From: a plasmid
Length of the DNA stretch: 64,000 nucleotides
Sequence record: NZ_CP139428.1
Direction: 5' to 3' (one strand)
Shown here one piece after another: positions 18,336-28,303 of this stretch. Positions within the stretch are counted from its first letter, which is position 1. The number at the start of each line of letters is the position of its first letter. A model generated the notes under the pieces. It did no database searches and had not been told where the DNA came from. It was given only the letters and a program-made list of their open reading frames with translations. The translations under genes and the position numbers were made by a program.

Positions 18336-18751
18336 CACTGCCTGCCATTATCACGCCGCCAAACAGCCCGGCACAGAAACGCGCCATTGTGCTGTGGGGT
18401 ACGGTCTGCGTGCTGATTGCCGTCCTGCTCAGTGTGGGGGCCACGCTGTGGCTGCTGCATCGTCAGCCGGCGATCGTCACCTTCGACATGAAACAGACCA
18501 TGGAGGCGTTCTACGAGAGCGCCGCCAAACAATCCCTGCCGCCGGAGCGCAGCAAGCTGCTGGCCGAACGGTTTACCGGCGCGCTGCAAACCAGCATCAC
18601 GCAATACCAGCAGCGCAACAACGTGATCATCCTGGTCTCGCCGGCGGTGGTGGGAGGGGCAAAGGATGTGACGCGCGAGCTGCAGCGGGATATTGCTGCC
18701 CGAATGCAGCGAGGCAATACCGTCAGCGTTGATAAGGATAATCAGCCATGA
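18332..18751 (+). CDS. trbI: TrbI
   Basis: Single N-terminal TM. Position after traC. Confidence 0.7.
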   Translation: MTLPAIITPPNSPAQKRAIVLWGTVCVLIAVLLSVGATLWLLHRQPAIVTFDMKQTMEAFYESAAKQSLPPERSKLLAERFTGALQTSITQYQQRNNVIILVSPAVVGGAKDVTRELQRDIAARMQRGNTVSVDKDNQP

Positions 18752-19716
18752 ATCGAAATACCCGAGATATTATGAAAAAGCGTCGAACTCGCATAAATAC
18801 GGTGTTTTTTCTGGCCGCTATTGCTCTATTCCCTGTGACTGCCGCCATTGTTGCCCTTCAATTCTTACCGTCGAAGAACAAGCAGCCAGTGGCCGCGACG
18901 CCGACGCCCCCCCAGGCTCACAGGGAGGCACCTCGACTGCGTGGCATCGATTATCCACCGACGTTACCGTCCGTTAACGCCTTACCCGATCCGAGTCCGG
19001 CGTTTACTCCGGCGCAGCAGGAGGCCATCGGCACTCTTGCCCGCGATTACCTGCTGGCGCACCCGGACATCCTGCTGCAGATGAGCGAGAAGCTGGAGGC
19101 GCAGCAGCAGACCTTGGCCAATCGCACGGTGCAAACCGCGTTGACCACGCAGCTGGAACTGCAGGCGACGTTATTGCACGATCCGGCGACGCCGGTTGTG
19201 CATCCTGACGGCGGCGTGACCGTGGTGCAGTTTTTTGACTATCAGTGCATCTGGTGCGCGCGTATGGCGCCGGTGGTGGCCGACTTTGTGCGGGACAATC
19301 CCGATGTGCGTTTCGTGTTCAAGGAATTCCCCATTTTCGGCAGTCGCTGGCCGATGTCGGTGCAGGCGGCACGCACCGGCCTGACGCTGTGGCACCTTAA
19401 GGGTGGTGACGCCTATCTGGCCTACCACAATGCGGTGTTTGCCTCCGGTGAGAACGAAGGTCGGTTGTCGCAACCCACGCTTAATGCGGCACTCCTGGCG
19501 GCCGGCACCGCGCCGATGACCGTACTGCCCGAGACGGAGAAAACGCTGCTGGCCACACGCGAGCTGGCCCAGCAGCTGAATATCAGCGGCACCCCCGCCT
19601 TTATTGTTATGCCGACCCGTGATGCGCGGGCGGAGCAGGTGACGCCGCTGTACGGCGCCGTGGATGTGAAGGCGTTGCAGTCTGCGGTCGCACAGGCAAA
19701 AGCAGGAGGCCACTGA
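18748..19716 (+). CDS. DsbC/DsbA-like periplasmic thiol:disulfide interchange protein (CIWC active site)
   Basis: VVQFFDYQCIWCARMAPVV thioredoxin fold. Extra relative to the classical F order. Confidence 0.7.
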   Translation: MNRNTRDIMKKRRTRINTVFFLAAIALFPVTAAIVALQFLPSKNKQPVAATPTPPQAHREAPRLRGIDYPPTLPSVNALPDPSPAFTPAQQEAIGTLARDYLLAHPDILLQMSEKLEAQQQTLANRTVQTALTTQLELQATLLHDPATPVVHPDGGVTVVQFFDYQCIWCARMAPVVADFVRDNPDVRFVFKEFPIFGSRWPMSVQAARTGLTLWHLKGGDAYLAYHNAVFASGENEGRLSQPTLNAALLAAGTAPMTVLPETEKTLLATRELAQQLNISGTPAFIVMPTRDARAEQVTPLYGAVDVKALQSAVAQAKAGGH

Positions 19717-20351
19717 TGCGCGTTGTCTGCCTGGTGTTCTCCTTATCACTGCTGCCTTGCATGGCGGTGGCCAAAGACTTCGGCACCTGGGGCGACCTGT
19801 ACCCGGTTACCGAGCCGGACATGCTGCAGACCATTCACGAACGGCTGACCGAATTGCAGCGCAGCGGCCGTTGGGATGAGGAAATGACGGCGTTCAAAGC
19901 GCGCACCGTGAAGCACAGCCAGCGGCCTGAGCCGGTCGCCGGCATCGGAAAAACCGAGCGCTATGCCGAACGCTTCTTCGACCCGAGCGTGCAGCTCTCT
20001 TCTGACCTGAAAGACGACAAGGGGCGCGTGTTTGCTCGCAAGGGCGACGTTATCAACCCGCTGGCCACAGTGCCGTTCGCGCAGACGCTGTATTTCATCG
20101 ACGGCGACGATCCGCAGCAGGTTGCCTGGATGAAGGCGCAGCAGCCGGAGACCCTGATGGTGAAGGTCATTCTGGTCAACGGCGACATTCCCAAGACATC
20201 TGCCGCGCTCGACAGCCGTATCTACTTCGATCAGGGCGGGGCGCTGTCGCGGCGGTTCGGGCTGACGACGGTGCCGGTGCGCATCACGGCGGCGCCGAGC
20301 GGCCTGCGGCTGCGTATCGAATCCATTCCTGCCGCCGGCAGCGCGAACTGA
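19716..20351 (+). CDS. traW: TraW
   Basis: Signal peptide. Synteny. Confidence 0.75.
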   Translation: MRVVCLVFSLSLLPCMAVAKDFGTWGDLYPVTEPDMLQTIHERLTELQRSGRWDEEMTAFKARTVKHSQRPEPVAGIGKTERYAERFFDPSVQLSSDLKDDKGRVFARKGDVINPLATVPFAQTLYFIDGDDPQQVAWMKAQQPETLMVKVILVNGDIPKTSAALDSRIYFDQGGALSRRFGLTTVPVRITAAPSGLRLRIESIPAAGSAN

Positions 20352-20362
20352 AGGGGACCAGT

Positions 20363-20740
20363 ATGTTTGTGACACGTAAACGTTTTATTGCGACCGAGAA
20401 TCAGCTGCAGAGCTGTCGCCAATTGCTGGCCGCGTGCCACGGCGAGTTGATGGCCATCCGCCAGGCGGCGTCGGCAAAGGGTGGGATCTACAAATGCATT
20501 CTCGAGTGCCGTGAGGTCGCCCACGAGCTGCGTGAACAGCTGCCTGCCGATCAGGACGGTCACAGCCCTTATTTGTTCGACAAGCTGGCGCTTATCGACA
20601 GTCTGCTGAGCACCCTGGCGGCGTTATTACCGCCGCAGGATGAGGCACGTCCCACCGCCCGGATGGTTGCCGCCGGTGATGTGCAAGAGATTTACCGGGG
20701 AACGCAGTGGGCGGCGCATTGCCAGGAGCGTCGCGCATGA
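20363..20740 (+). CDS. hypothetical protein
   Basis: ORF between traW and traU. Confidence 0.35.
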   Translation: MFVTRKRFIATENQLQSCRQLLAACHGELMAIRQAASAKGGIYKCILECREVAHELREQLPADQDGHSPYLFDKLALIDSLLSTLAALLPPQDEARPTARMVAAGDVQEIYRGTQWAAHCQERRA

Positions 20741-21735
20741 CCCGGTGCTGGCTCTCGGCATTGCTGGTCGTGGCAGGCCTGTTTTCGGCACCGTCTCAGG
20801 CGGCGGATGCGGCCTGTCAGGGGCGCTTTGTTAACCCGATCACCGATATCTGCTGGCGCTGCATCTTCCCGCTTTCGATTGGGAGCATTCCGGTCGGCAA
20901 GGGGGATTTGCCGGATACCAGCAATCCGGGCAGCCCTATTCAGTTTTGCCCGGCACCGCCGCCGATTTTTCAGCGTATCGGGATGGCGATGGGGTACTGG
21001 GAGCCGATGGCCATGACTGACGTGACCCGTTCGCCGGGCTGCATGGTCAATCTGGGCGGCTTTAGTATCAATCTCGGCAAGATTGGCACCGGCACGGGTG
21101 GCAGCAGTGGCAAAGGGGACGTGACCACCGCGTTCTATCACGTCCACTGGTACAAGTACCCGCTGACCTACTGGCTGAACATCATCACGTCAGTGGGCTG
21201 CCTGCAGGGTGGCGACCTGGATATTGCCTATCTGTCGGAAATCGACCCGACCTGGGTCGACAGCAGCCTGACCACCATTCTCAACCCAGAGGCGGTGGTC
21301 TTTGCCAACCCGCTGGCGCAGGGCGCCTGCGCGGCCGACGCCATTGCCAGCGGCTTCCATCTGCCGCTCGACGCATTGTTCTGGTGCGCCGGCAGTCAGG
21401 GGTCGATGTACCCGTTCAACGGCTGGGTCGCGAAGGAAATCAGTCCGCTGCAGTCGTCAGTTCTGGTCTCGGAAAAGATGGCGTTCAAACTGCACCGTCA
21501 GGGGCAAATCATGGAATCCATCGGCAAAGACCGGGCGGTCTGCTTCGAATACCCGTCGCCGATCATGCCGAAAGAGCGCTGGCGTTATCAGATGGTGAAC
21601 ATGTACCCGGACAGCGCTCGCTGTCACCCGATGGGGCGCAGCGTGATGCGCTGGGAAGTGGGCCACAACTCGCCGGCCAGCAAGAAGAACTTCGGCTATG
21701 TCATGTGGCGCAAGCGCAACTGCGTCTTTTTATAG
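20737..21735 (+). CDS. traU: TraU
   Basis: Signal peptide. Cys-rich periplasmic protein. Synteny. Confidence 0.85.
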   Translation: MTRCWLSALLVVAGLFSAPSQAADAACQGRFVNPITDICWRCIFPLSIGSIPVGKGDLPDTSNPGSPIQFCPAPPPIFQRIGMAMGYWEPMAMTDVTRSPGCMVNLGGFSINLGKIGTGTGGSSGKGDVTTAFYHVHWYKYPLTYWLNIITSVGCLQGGDLDIAYLSEIDPTWVDSSLTTILNPEAVVFANPLAQGACAADAIASGFHLPLDALFWCAGSQGSMYPFNGWVAKEISPLQSSVLVSEKMAFKLHRQGQIMESIGKDRAVCFEYPSPIMPKERWRYQMVNMYPDSARCHPMGRSVMRWEVGHNSPASKKNFGYVMWRKRNCVFL

Positions 21736-21745
21736 GGGAACGCCC

Positions 21746-22135
21746 ATGTTTTCTGAACGTATTTCAATTTTCTATCCGCTGAGTTGGGCAGTATTTCTTG
21801 GGTTAGGGGCGGTTTCGTTGGTATCCGATTCCCAAGAGCAGACCTTTTTGAATTGGCCTTTATGGATTGGTCTATGCGTGTTGGGAGCTTTCCTCATTAC
21901 GTTGTGGGTGCTGGTTTTCGAACCCAATGACACCTCACCTGGTCCTTATGCCTCTGGCTTGGTCATTTGCGTTGCCTGGATCTTGTGGCTCGTGATTTGG
22001 CTATTCGGAATGGCGGTGCAAGGGGGCGATTTCTGGCCACCTATGGAAGCGTTGCTATTGCTTAATGCGCTGACTGTCGGTCTCGCTTCGTTTTTCTTCC
22101 TGTATTTCTTGATCATTGAGGGTGGTGTCTTGTGA
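21746..22135 (+). CDS. hypothetical 4-TM membrane protein
   Basis: Strongly hydrophobic. Confidence 0.45.
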   Translation: MFSERISIFYPLSWAVFLGLGAVSLVSDSQEQTFLNWPLWIGLCVLGAFLITLWVLVFEPNDTSPGPYASGLVICVAWILWLVIWLFGMAVQGGDFWPPMEALLLLNALTVGLASFFFLYFLIIEGGVL

Positions 22136-22164
22136 AGGAGATAAACAGCAACGAAGGTACCGCT

Positions 22165-22839
22165 ATGATTAAAAAGAATTTTTTTGCTCTGGTGCTGACG
22201 CTTTCAGCGTCTTGTATGGCAAGCAGTTGGGCTGCAGGCAGCGCTGCGCCTGCCGGCGAGGTGACGATTGCGCAGCAACAGGCGGCAGGCCTGGTGGACA
22301 GCAACCGGGCATGGCTGCGCGAGCAGGAAAAGCGCTCGGCTGACCTGCACCAAAACACCCCGGTGCCGGAGTTCCTGCGTAATCAACCGCCGCGTTCGCT
22401 GCCCCAGGACGACCAGTCCTTTATTGACCAACTGGCCGCGAAGCAGCGTCAGGATGCCGCCGAGCAACCGGCCGAGGGGGCGCTGTACTTCGTGTCCTTC
22501 GCTATTCCCGAAGAGGGCATGCGTCGCATGCTGCAAGAGGCGCGTCGATTCGGCATTCCGGCTACGTTGCGCGGCATGGTGAATGGCGACATGCGCGAAA
22601 CGATGCAGCGGGTGCAAAAACTGGTGGAAGCCGGCGGCATCGACGGCGTGCAAATCGATCCGCAGCCCTACACACAGTACGACGTGACCGCCGTGCCGGA
22701 GTTGGTCGTGCGCTGCGCGGCCGGCTTCGATGTGGTGCGCGGCAACCTGCTGATGGCGCAGGCGCTGAAGAAGGTCGCCAAAGACGGCGACTGCGCCGCC
22801 ACGGCTCAGGCATTACTGGATAAGGCCGGTGTGAAATGA
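22165..22839 (+). CDS. trbC: TrbC
   Basis: Signal peptide. Position. Confidence 0.7.
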   Translation: MIKKNFFALVLTLSASCMASSWAAGSAAPAGEVTIAQQQAAGLVDSNRAWLREQEKRSADLHQNTPVPEFLRNQPPRSLPQDDQSFIDQLAAKQRQDAAEQPAEGALYFVSFAIPEEGMRRMLQEARRFGIPATLRGMVNGDMRETMQRVQKLVEAGGIDGVQIDPQPYTQYDVTAVPELVVRCAAGFDVVRGNLLMAQALKKVAKDGDCAATAQALLDKAGVK

Positions 22840-22984
22840 ATACCGAAGCGAAGCTCTACCTTCTTAAATTAGTTTTGGGACTTCTGACCTGGGGGTTTTT
22901 GATGTGGCATTTGCTCGATCTCAGTGATTTTTTCAGGGATTTAATGCCGAAAAAAAACAATAAAAAAAGCGGGAGGAAGGACAA

Positions 22985-24889
22985 ATGACCCACCTGGTGA
23001 AGTCTCTGCCCGGTCTGCTGGCGACACATGCCCTGGTGCTGGGGACGTTTATCTTCGCCACCGGCGATTGTCGGGCGGAAGGTGATGACGTGTTCCAGAC
23101 GGGCAGCGAGTTTGCCAAACAGATCGCCGGTCAGGGCACGGGGACGCTGCAGAACACCAACCCGGCCAACGTGCTGCCGAACTACACCGATAACCCGAAA
23201 GAAAAAGGCTATTACGGCGGCGTGACGGCCGGGGATGCCAACAATCTCAAGACAGACGGCGGCACGGCCTGGGGCCAGACCGAGGTCGGGCAGGCGGTGA
23301 CTGATTCGGTGCTCAAGAACCCCAAGGAGCCGATTTCGCACGATGCGCCCTTTATCCAGGCCGGCAAGGAGATTGAAGGCAAGGCCGAGAGCATCGTCGG
23401 CAAGACCGGCCCGGACTGCAAGGCCGAACAGGTGACGCGCAGTGAGTTCACCCGCCATGTGTGCGAGCGCGATACGGCGGTGATGCGCACCTGCGAGCGC
23501 GCCACCGACATCGGTGGCCACTATGAGACCCGCTATGAAGACCGTAACGCACACATCGATAAATCGATGATCCGTTGGTGGAAAGAGGGCAACCGCATTC
23601 ACGGCATCTTTACCGCACCGTTTACCGGCAAGCTCACTACGGGGTCGATATACCTCGAGCTGCAGGACGATCTGCACAGTTATGGCGTGCCGCTGGCCTT
23701 TTCACTGCTGGGGAATGACGTGCGCTATGGCCGTCAGGACTGGGGCAGCCGGCCGCTGAACGTCGGTAACGTCACGCTCACGCAGGGGCAGCAGGTCGAT
23801 ATTTTCCTCACCATGGACCCCGGTGGCCATCTGGATACCTTTCTGGATGCGATGGTCAGGCAGTTGAGCGGTGGCGGGGGCGGCTCGCCGATGGTGTTCT
23901 ACGTGAAGTTCGACGGCAGTTCGTCGGTGCAGGTCTGGGTGCCGACCACATCGACACCGGCCGACTGTCCACTGGCGCAGGAGGCCGGGGCGGTGAAGGT
24001 CAATACCGTTTGCAGTGAGCCGGGCGGCGAGAGAACCGTTACGGTCAACGGCCAGACCTACCCGGTGTGGGCCAGCTGCTGGCGCTTTACCGACACCTAT
24101 CGGCTGCAGGAGGCCGGCCAGGGCAGCTGCGAAGCCTATGCCAACAATCCGGCCTGCACTATTGCCACGCACGGCTGTGCCTTCTCCGATGAGTATGGCC
24201 AGTGCCTGCACGAGAACGTGACCTACTCCTGCGAAACCCGCACCACCGGGAATGTGATGTTGTGCGGTGGCCAGATGTACTGCCTGGACGGGGAGTGCGA
24301 CAAGGCGCAGAAGGGCACCCAGGGCAACGACTTTGCGCACGCCGTTTCCGAGCTGGCCGCGGTGGCGGCCGCCGGCAAGGACGTGGCGGCGCTGAACGGC
24401 ATCGATGTGCGCGCCTTCACCGGTAAGGGACAGTCCTGCCGCAAGGCGTTTGCCGGTTTCAGCGACTGTTGCAAGGACTCCGGGTGGGGTAACAGCGTCG
24501 GGCTGGCGCACTGCGACAGCGAAGAGAAGGCGCTGGGCAAGGCGAAAGAGAACAAATTGACCGTCAGCGTCGGCGAATACTGCAGCAAGAAAGTGCTGGG
24601 TGTCTGCCTGCAGAAGAAGCGCAGCTACTGCCAGTTCGACAGCAAGCTGGCGCAGATTGTTCAGCAGCAGGGGCGCGCGTGGCAGCTGGGTATCGGCTTT
24701 GGCGACGCAAAATCCCCCGACTGCCGGGGCATTACCGTAGACGAGCTGCAGCGCATCAACTTTGACCAGCTGGACTTTGCCAATTTCTATGAAGACCTGA
24801 TGAAAAACCAGAAGGTGCCCGAAGACGCGGCACTGCTGGAGAAGGTTAAGCAGCAAATCGCACAACGTATGCAGGAGGCAGCCAAGTGA
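22985..24889 (+). CDS. traN: TraN mating-pair stabilisation protein
   Basis: 634 aa. Cys-rich C-terminus. Confidence 0.85.
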   Translation: MTHLVKSLPGLLATHALVLGTFIFATGDCRAEGDDVFQTGSEFAKQIAGQGTGTLQNTNPANVLPNYTDNPKEKGYYGGVTAGDANNLKTDGGTAWGQTEVGQAVTDSVLKNPKEPISHDAPFIQAGKEIEGKAESIVGKTGPDCKAEQVTRSEFTRHVCERDTAVMRTCERATDIGGHYETRYEDRNAHIDKSMIRWWKEGNRIHGIFTAPFTGKLTTGSIYLELQDDLHSYGVPLAFSLLGNDVRYGRQDWGSRPLNVGNVTLTQGQQVDIFLTMDPGGHLDTFLDAMVRQLSGGGGGSPMVFYVKFDGSSSVQVWVPTTSTPADCPLAQEAGAVKVNTVCSEPGGERTVTVNGQTYPVWASCWRFTDTYRLQEAGQGSCEAYANNPACTIATHGCAFSDEYGQCLHENVTYSCETRTTGNVMLCGGQMYCLDGECDKAQKGTQGNDFAHAVSELAAVAAAGKDVAALNGIDVRAFTGKGQSCRKAFAGFSDCCKDSGWGNSVGLAHCDSEEKALGKAKENKLTVSVGEYCSKKVLGVCLQKKRSYCQFDSKLAQIVQQQGRAWQLGIGFGDAKSPDCRGITVDELQRINFDQLDFANFYEDLMKNQKVPEDAALLEKVKQQIAQRMQEAAK

Positions 24890-25680
24890 AAACGCGCGGG
24901 ACTTCAAATGTCAATTTGGCGGCACGCGGGTTGGCCAACCGCAGGGCGGCAGCGCTGTTGGGCCTGAGCCTGCTTGGCGCGGCGTTCACCGCGCAGGCCG
25001 GCGGCTGGCAGTGGTATGAACGGGAGGCCAACCCCGCTGACGACGATATGCCACCGCAGGCTGTAGCCCCGGCCGCGCCGGCCGGCGCACTGCAAAAGTT
25101 GCAGCTGCTGCAGCAGTCGCTCAAGGAGCGGCTGGCAGACGCCATCCTGTACCCCAGCACGGAGAACTTCGTGAAGTTCTTCCAGATGCAGAACTACTTC
25201 ACCCAGCAGGCGGGGCTGTTTGAGCGCTCTGCGCAGCGGGCGTTTCTGGCGCACCCGGAGCTGGACTACAACCTGAAGCACAGCCACTACAACGGCACGG
25301 TGAAAAGCCAGCTGGCCGCCGACTTTGCCGCGCAGCGCGAGGCCATCGGCAAAATGGCGCAGCAGTACGGGCTGATGCTGTTCTATCGCGGCGCGGAGCC
25401 GATCGACGGTCAGCTGGTGAGCGTGGTGAAGGGCTTTCGGGACAGCTACGGGCTGTCGGTGGTGCCGGTGACTATCGACGGGGTGGTCAACCCTGCGATG
25501 CCGGAGAGTCGGCGCGATGCGGGACAGTCACAACGGCTGGGCATCAGCCACTTCCCGGCACTGGTGCTGGTTGACCCGCGCAGCGGCGCGGTCAAGCCGC
25601 TGGCCTATGGCTTTATCAGCCAGGACGATCTGGCCAAACAGTTCCTGAACGTCTTTACCGACTTCAAACCCAATTATTAA
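24886..25680 (+). CDS. traF: TraF (thioredoxin-like, no CxxC)
   Basis: Synteny. Signal peptide. Confidence 0.8.
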   Translation: MKTRGTSNVNLAARGLANRRAAALLGLSLLGAAFTAQAGGWQWYEREANPADDDMPPQAVAPAAPAGALQKLQLLQQSLKERLADAILYPSTENFVKFFQMQNYFTQQAGLFERSAQRAFLAHPELDYNLKHSHYNGTVKSQLAADFAAQREAIGKMAQQYGLMLFYRGAEPIDGQLVSVVKGFRDSYGLSVVPVTIDGVVNPAMPESRRDAGQSQRLGISHFPALVLVDPRSGAVKPLAYGFISQDDLAKQFLNVFTDFKPNY

Positions 25681-25691
25681 CGGAGCGTTGA

Positions 25692-26006
25692 ATGCGTAAA
25701 TTTAAATTCCCTGACATCGACGCGACCGGCGGTTGGGTCGCGGCCTTCGGGATCTGGTTCCATATTGTGGCCGGCCTGGTGCACCGGGCGCCGGACATGG
25801 CGGTGACGCTGGCCGAGTTTATCGCGCTCACCCTGACGGTGTTCGGCGGCTACAAAATCCTCGATGAGCTGGCGCGCGTCCCCAAACGGCAGCGTGAGGA
25901 GGCGGAAAAGCAGGCCTATATCGCGGCACATCGTGAACAGGCGCCGTCGCCGGCGACCACAGACGAACAGCACGGGGCCGGGGAGGTGCAGAATGCGGAT
26001 CGTTAA
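25692..26006 (+). CDS. hypothetical membrane protein (trbA/traQ-like position)
   Basis: TM ORF. Confidence 0.4.
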   Translation: MRKFKFPDIDATGGWVAAFGIWFHIVAGLVHRAPDMAVTLAEFIALTLTVFGGYKILDELARVPKRQREEAEKQAYIAAHREQAPSPATTDEQHGAGEVQNADR

Positions 26007-26532
26007 CATCGCCTGGCTGGCGCTGCTGTTAACCGGGCTGGCACACGGCTCCACAATTGATGAGATAGCTGCGCTGCAGAAAAACGCCGGCGTCAATCTG
26101 GCGCAATCAGCGACGTCCGTCCCCGCTCCGCGGCCGGCGGCAGCGCCACGCTGGTTTACGCTCAGCAACGGCGCGCGCGTCAACCTCAATGACTGGAAGG
26201 TGGTGCTGTTTATGCAGGGGCATTGCCCGTACTGCCACCAGTTTGATCCGCTGCTGAAATCGCTGTCGGAGCGGGTCGGCTTTTCCGTGTTCGCCTACAC
26301 CTTCGACGGCCAGGGCGATGCCACGTTTCCGGAGGCCATCCCGGCTCCGCCGGAGGTGATGCGCACCTTCTTCCCCGGCCTGCCGGTGGCGTCGCCGACA
26401 ACGTTTTTGGTGAACGTCAATACGCTGGCGACCTACCCGATGATCCAGGGGGCCAGCGACGAGCGCGGCTTTATGGCGCGTCTGGATACCGTGTTACAGG
26501 AAGCGACGTTAAGAGGAGACCATCGTGAATAA
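25993..26532 (+). CDS. trbB: TrbB thioredoxin-like disulfide isomerase (CPYC)
   Basis: WKVVLFMQGHCPYCHQFDP. Confidence 0.75.
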   Translation: MRIVNIAWLALLLTGLAHGSTIDEIAALQKNAGVNLAQSATSVPAPRPAAAPRWFTLSNGARVNLNDWKVVLFMQGHCPYCHQFDPLLKSLSERVGFSVFAYTFDGQGDATFPEAIPAPPEVMRTFFPGLPVASPTTFLVNVNTLATYPMIQGASDERGFMARLDTVLQEATLRGDHRE

Positions 26533-26938
26533 ATCAGGGCGTCACATCATTACTGTCGAGCAGGGCGCAGTGTCTCCCGAACAGCGTATTGCCAGCGCGC
26601 GTGCGGAATACAAGCGCGAGAGCGCGCGGCTTATGATTTTTCTTCATCTGATGGTGCTGTTTTTTGTGGCGGCCGTCGCACTCTGGATGGTCAGCCACTG
26701 GTGGTTTGGGCATGCATTTGTCAAAGAGTACGCTGCGGACACTCGTGAGTTTCATATGATGACTATGTGGAACGTACTGATGTACTTCATGCCTGGCATG
26801 TTTGCCGCGCTGTCCGCCGGGTGCCTCGCGGTCGCACTGGTCTTTGAGAGTCTGGGGCTGTTTAGCCTTTATACCACCCTGCTGTGGCAAAAGTGCTGCA
26901 TGTACCGCCAGTCTCGCCTGAACCGGGAGGATGCATGA
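26525..26938 (+). CDS. hypothetical membrane protein (trbJ/trbF-like position)
   Basis: GTG start. TMs. Confidence 0.4.
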   Translation: MNKSGRHIITVEQGAVSPEQRIASARAEYKRESARLMIFLHLMVLFFVAAVALWMVSHWWFGHAFVKEYAADTREFHMMTMWNVLMYFMPGMFAALSAGCLAVALVFESLGLFSLYTTLLWQKCCMYRQSRLNREDA

Positions 26939-28302
26939 AATTACGAGCCCTCTTTATCGGCCTGACGCTGGGGCTGGCGACCGTTGCACCGGCCGTGGCC
27001 GACATGAACAGTGACATGAACCAGTTTTTTGACAAGCTGGGGTTTGCGTCCAACACCACGGCACCGGCGGTCTGGCAGGGGCAGGCGGCCGGGTATATCT
27101 CGGGCGGGTCGATTTACGCCCGCACCGGCGTGAAGCAAATCCAGCTGATCTCGATGTCGTTGCCGGATATCAATGCCGGCTGCGGCGGCATCGATGCGTA
27201 CCTGGGGGCATTCAGCTTTATCAACGGAGAGCAGCTGCAGCGCTTCACCAAACAGATCATGTCCAACGCTGCAGGCTACTTCTTCGATCTGGCTTTGCAG
27301 ACCACCGTGCCGGAGCTGAAAGACGCCAAAGACTTCATCCAGAAAATGGCCAGCGATATCAACAGCATGAACATGAGCAGCTGCCAGGCGGCGCAGGGCA
27401 TTGTCGGCGGGCTGTTCCCGCGCACGCAGGTCTCTCAGCAGAAGGTCTGCCAGGACATTGCCGGCGAATCCAACATCTTTGCAGACTGGGCTGCCTCGCG
27501 GCAGGGCTGCACGGTGGGTGGCAAAGGTGACTCGGTGCGTGACCGGGCAGGAGAGAAGGATAAGGAGCGTATCTCCAAGAACATCAACATCATGTGGGAT
27601 GCGTTATCCAAAAACCGGATGTTCGACGGCAACAAGGAGTTGAAGGAGTTCGTGATGACGCTGACCGGCTCACTTGTGTTCGGCCCCAACGGCGAAATCA
27701 CGCCGCTGCCGCCACGCACTACAGATCAGAGCATCATCAAGGCGCTGATGGAAGGAGGCGCGGCCCGCGTTTATCACTGCAACGACAGCGACAAGTGCCT
27801 GAAGGTGGTAGCCGACAGCACCACGACGATAAGTCCGGACAATGCCCTGAAAGGGCAAATCAAGAAGATGCTGCTGAGCATCGAGAGCAAGGCGCGCAAC
27901 GACGAGCGGCTGACGGATGCGGAGAAAGGGCTGATTTCCAGCACGCATGTGCCGTTGCTGACTTACCTGACCGACCCGCAAATGCTCGGCGTGTCAAGCG
28001 CAATGGTGCACCAACTGGCCGACTACGTGGGTTACGACATCCTGATGCAGTACCTGCAGGAGCTGATGGGCGGCGCGCGCGCCATGCTGGCGACCGGCAA
28101 CTACCCGGAGGCTACCGTTGAGCAAATCAACAACAACTTCACGCAGGCCGGGCAGCTTATTTCCTCCCTGCAATCGCGCGTACAGGTGCAGACCGATGCC
28201 CTGCTGGTCGTCGAGCAGCAGATGCGTTACATGCGCCAGCAAGTGTCGGCACGCCTGCTGACGCGTTACCAGAACAACTATCAGTTCGGGGAGGCGCAAT
28301 AA
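26935..28302 (+). CDS. traH: TraH
   Basis: Signal peptide. Synteny. ATGA overlap with the preceding ORF. Confidence 0.85.
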   Translation: MKLRALFIGLTLGLATVAPAVADMNSDMNQFFDKLGFASNTTAPAVWQGQAAGYISGGSIYARTGVKQIQLISMSLPDINAGCGGIDAYLGAFSFINGEQLQRFTKQIMSNAAGYFFDLALQTTVPELKDAKDFIQKMASDINSMNMSSCQAAQGIVGGLFPRTQVSQQKVCQDIAGESNIFADWAASRQGCTVGGKGDSVRDRAGEKDKERISKNINIMWDALSKNRMFDGNKELKEFVMTLTGSLVFGPNGEITPLPPRTTDQSIIKALMEGGAARVYHCNDSDKCLKVVADSTTTISPDNALKGQIKKMLLSIESKARNDERLTDAEKGLISSTHVPLLTYLTDPQMLGVSSAMVHQLADYVGYDILMQYLQELMGGARAMLATGNYPEATVEQINNNFTQAGQLISSLQSRVQVQTDALLVVEQQMRYMRQQVSARLLTRYQNNYQFGEAQ

Positions 28303-28303
28303 C

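Noticed and set aside
15969-18338. 789-aa minus-strand ORF antisense to traC. Similar long antisense ORFs: 12049-12591, 23702-24907, 28715-30412, 35490-36533, 37077-38474, 41390-42592, 44907-45824, 53028-54083, 57148-58152.
   Set aside because: High-GC DNA yields long stop-free antisense frames. The sense frames carry unambiguous TraC, TraG, TraI, RepA, UmuC, TnpA and RecA homology, while the antisense products are low-complexity Arg/Gly/His-rich.
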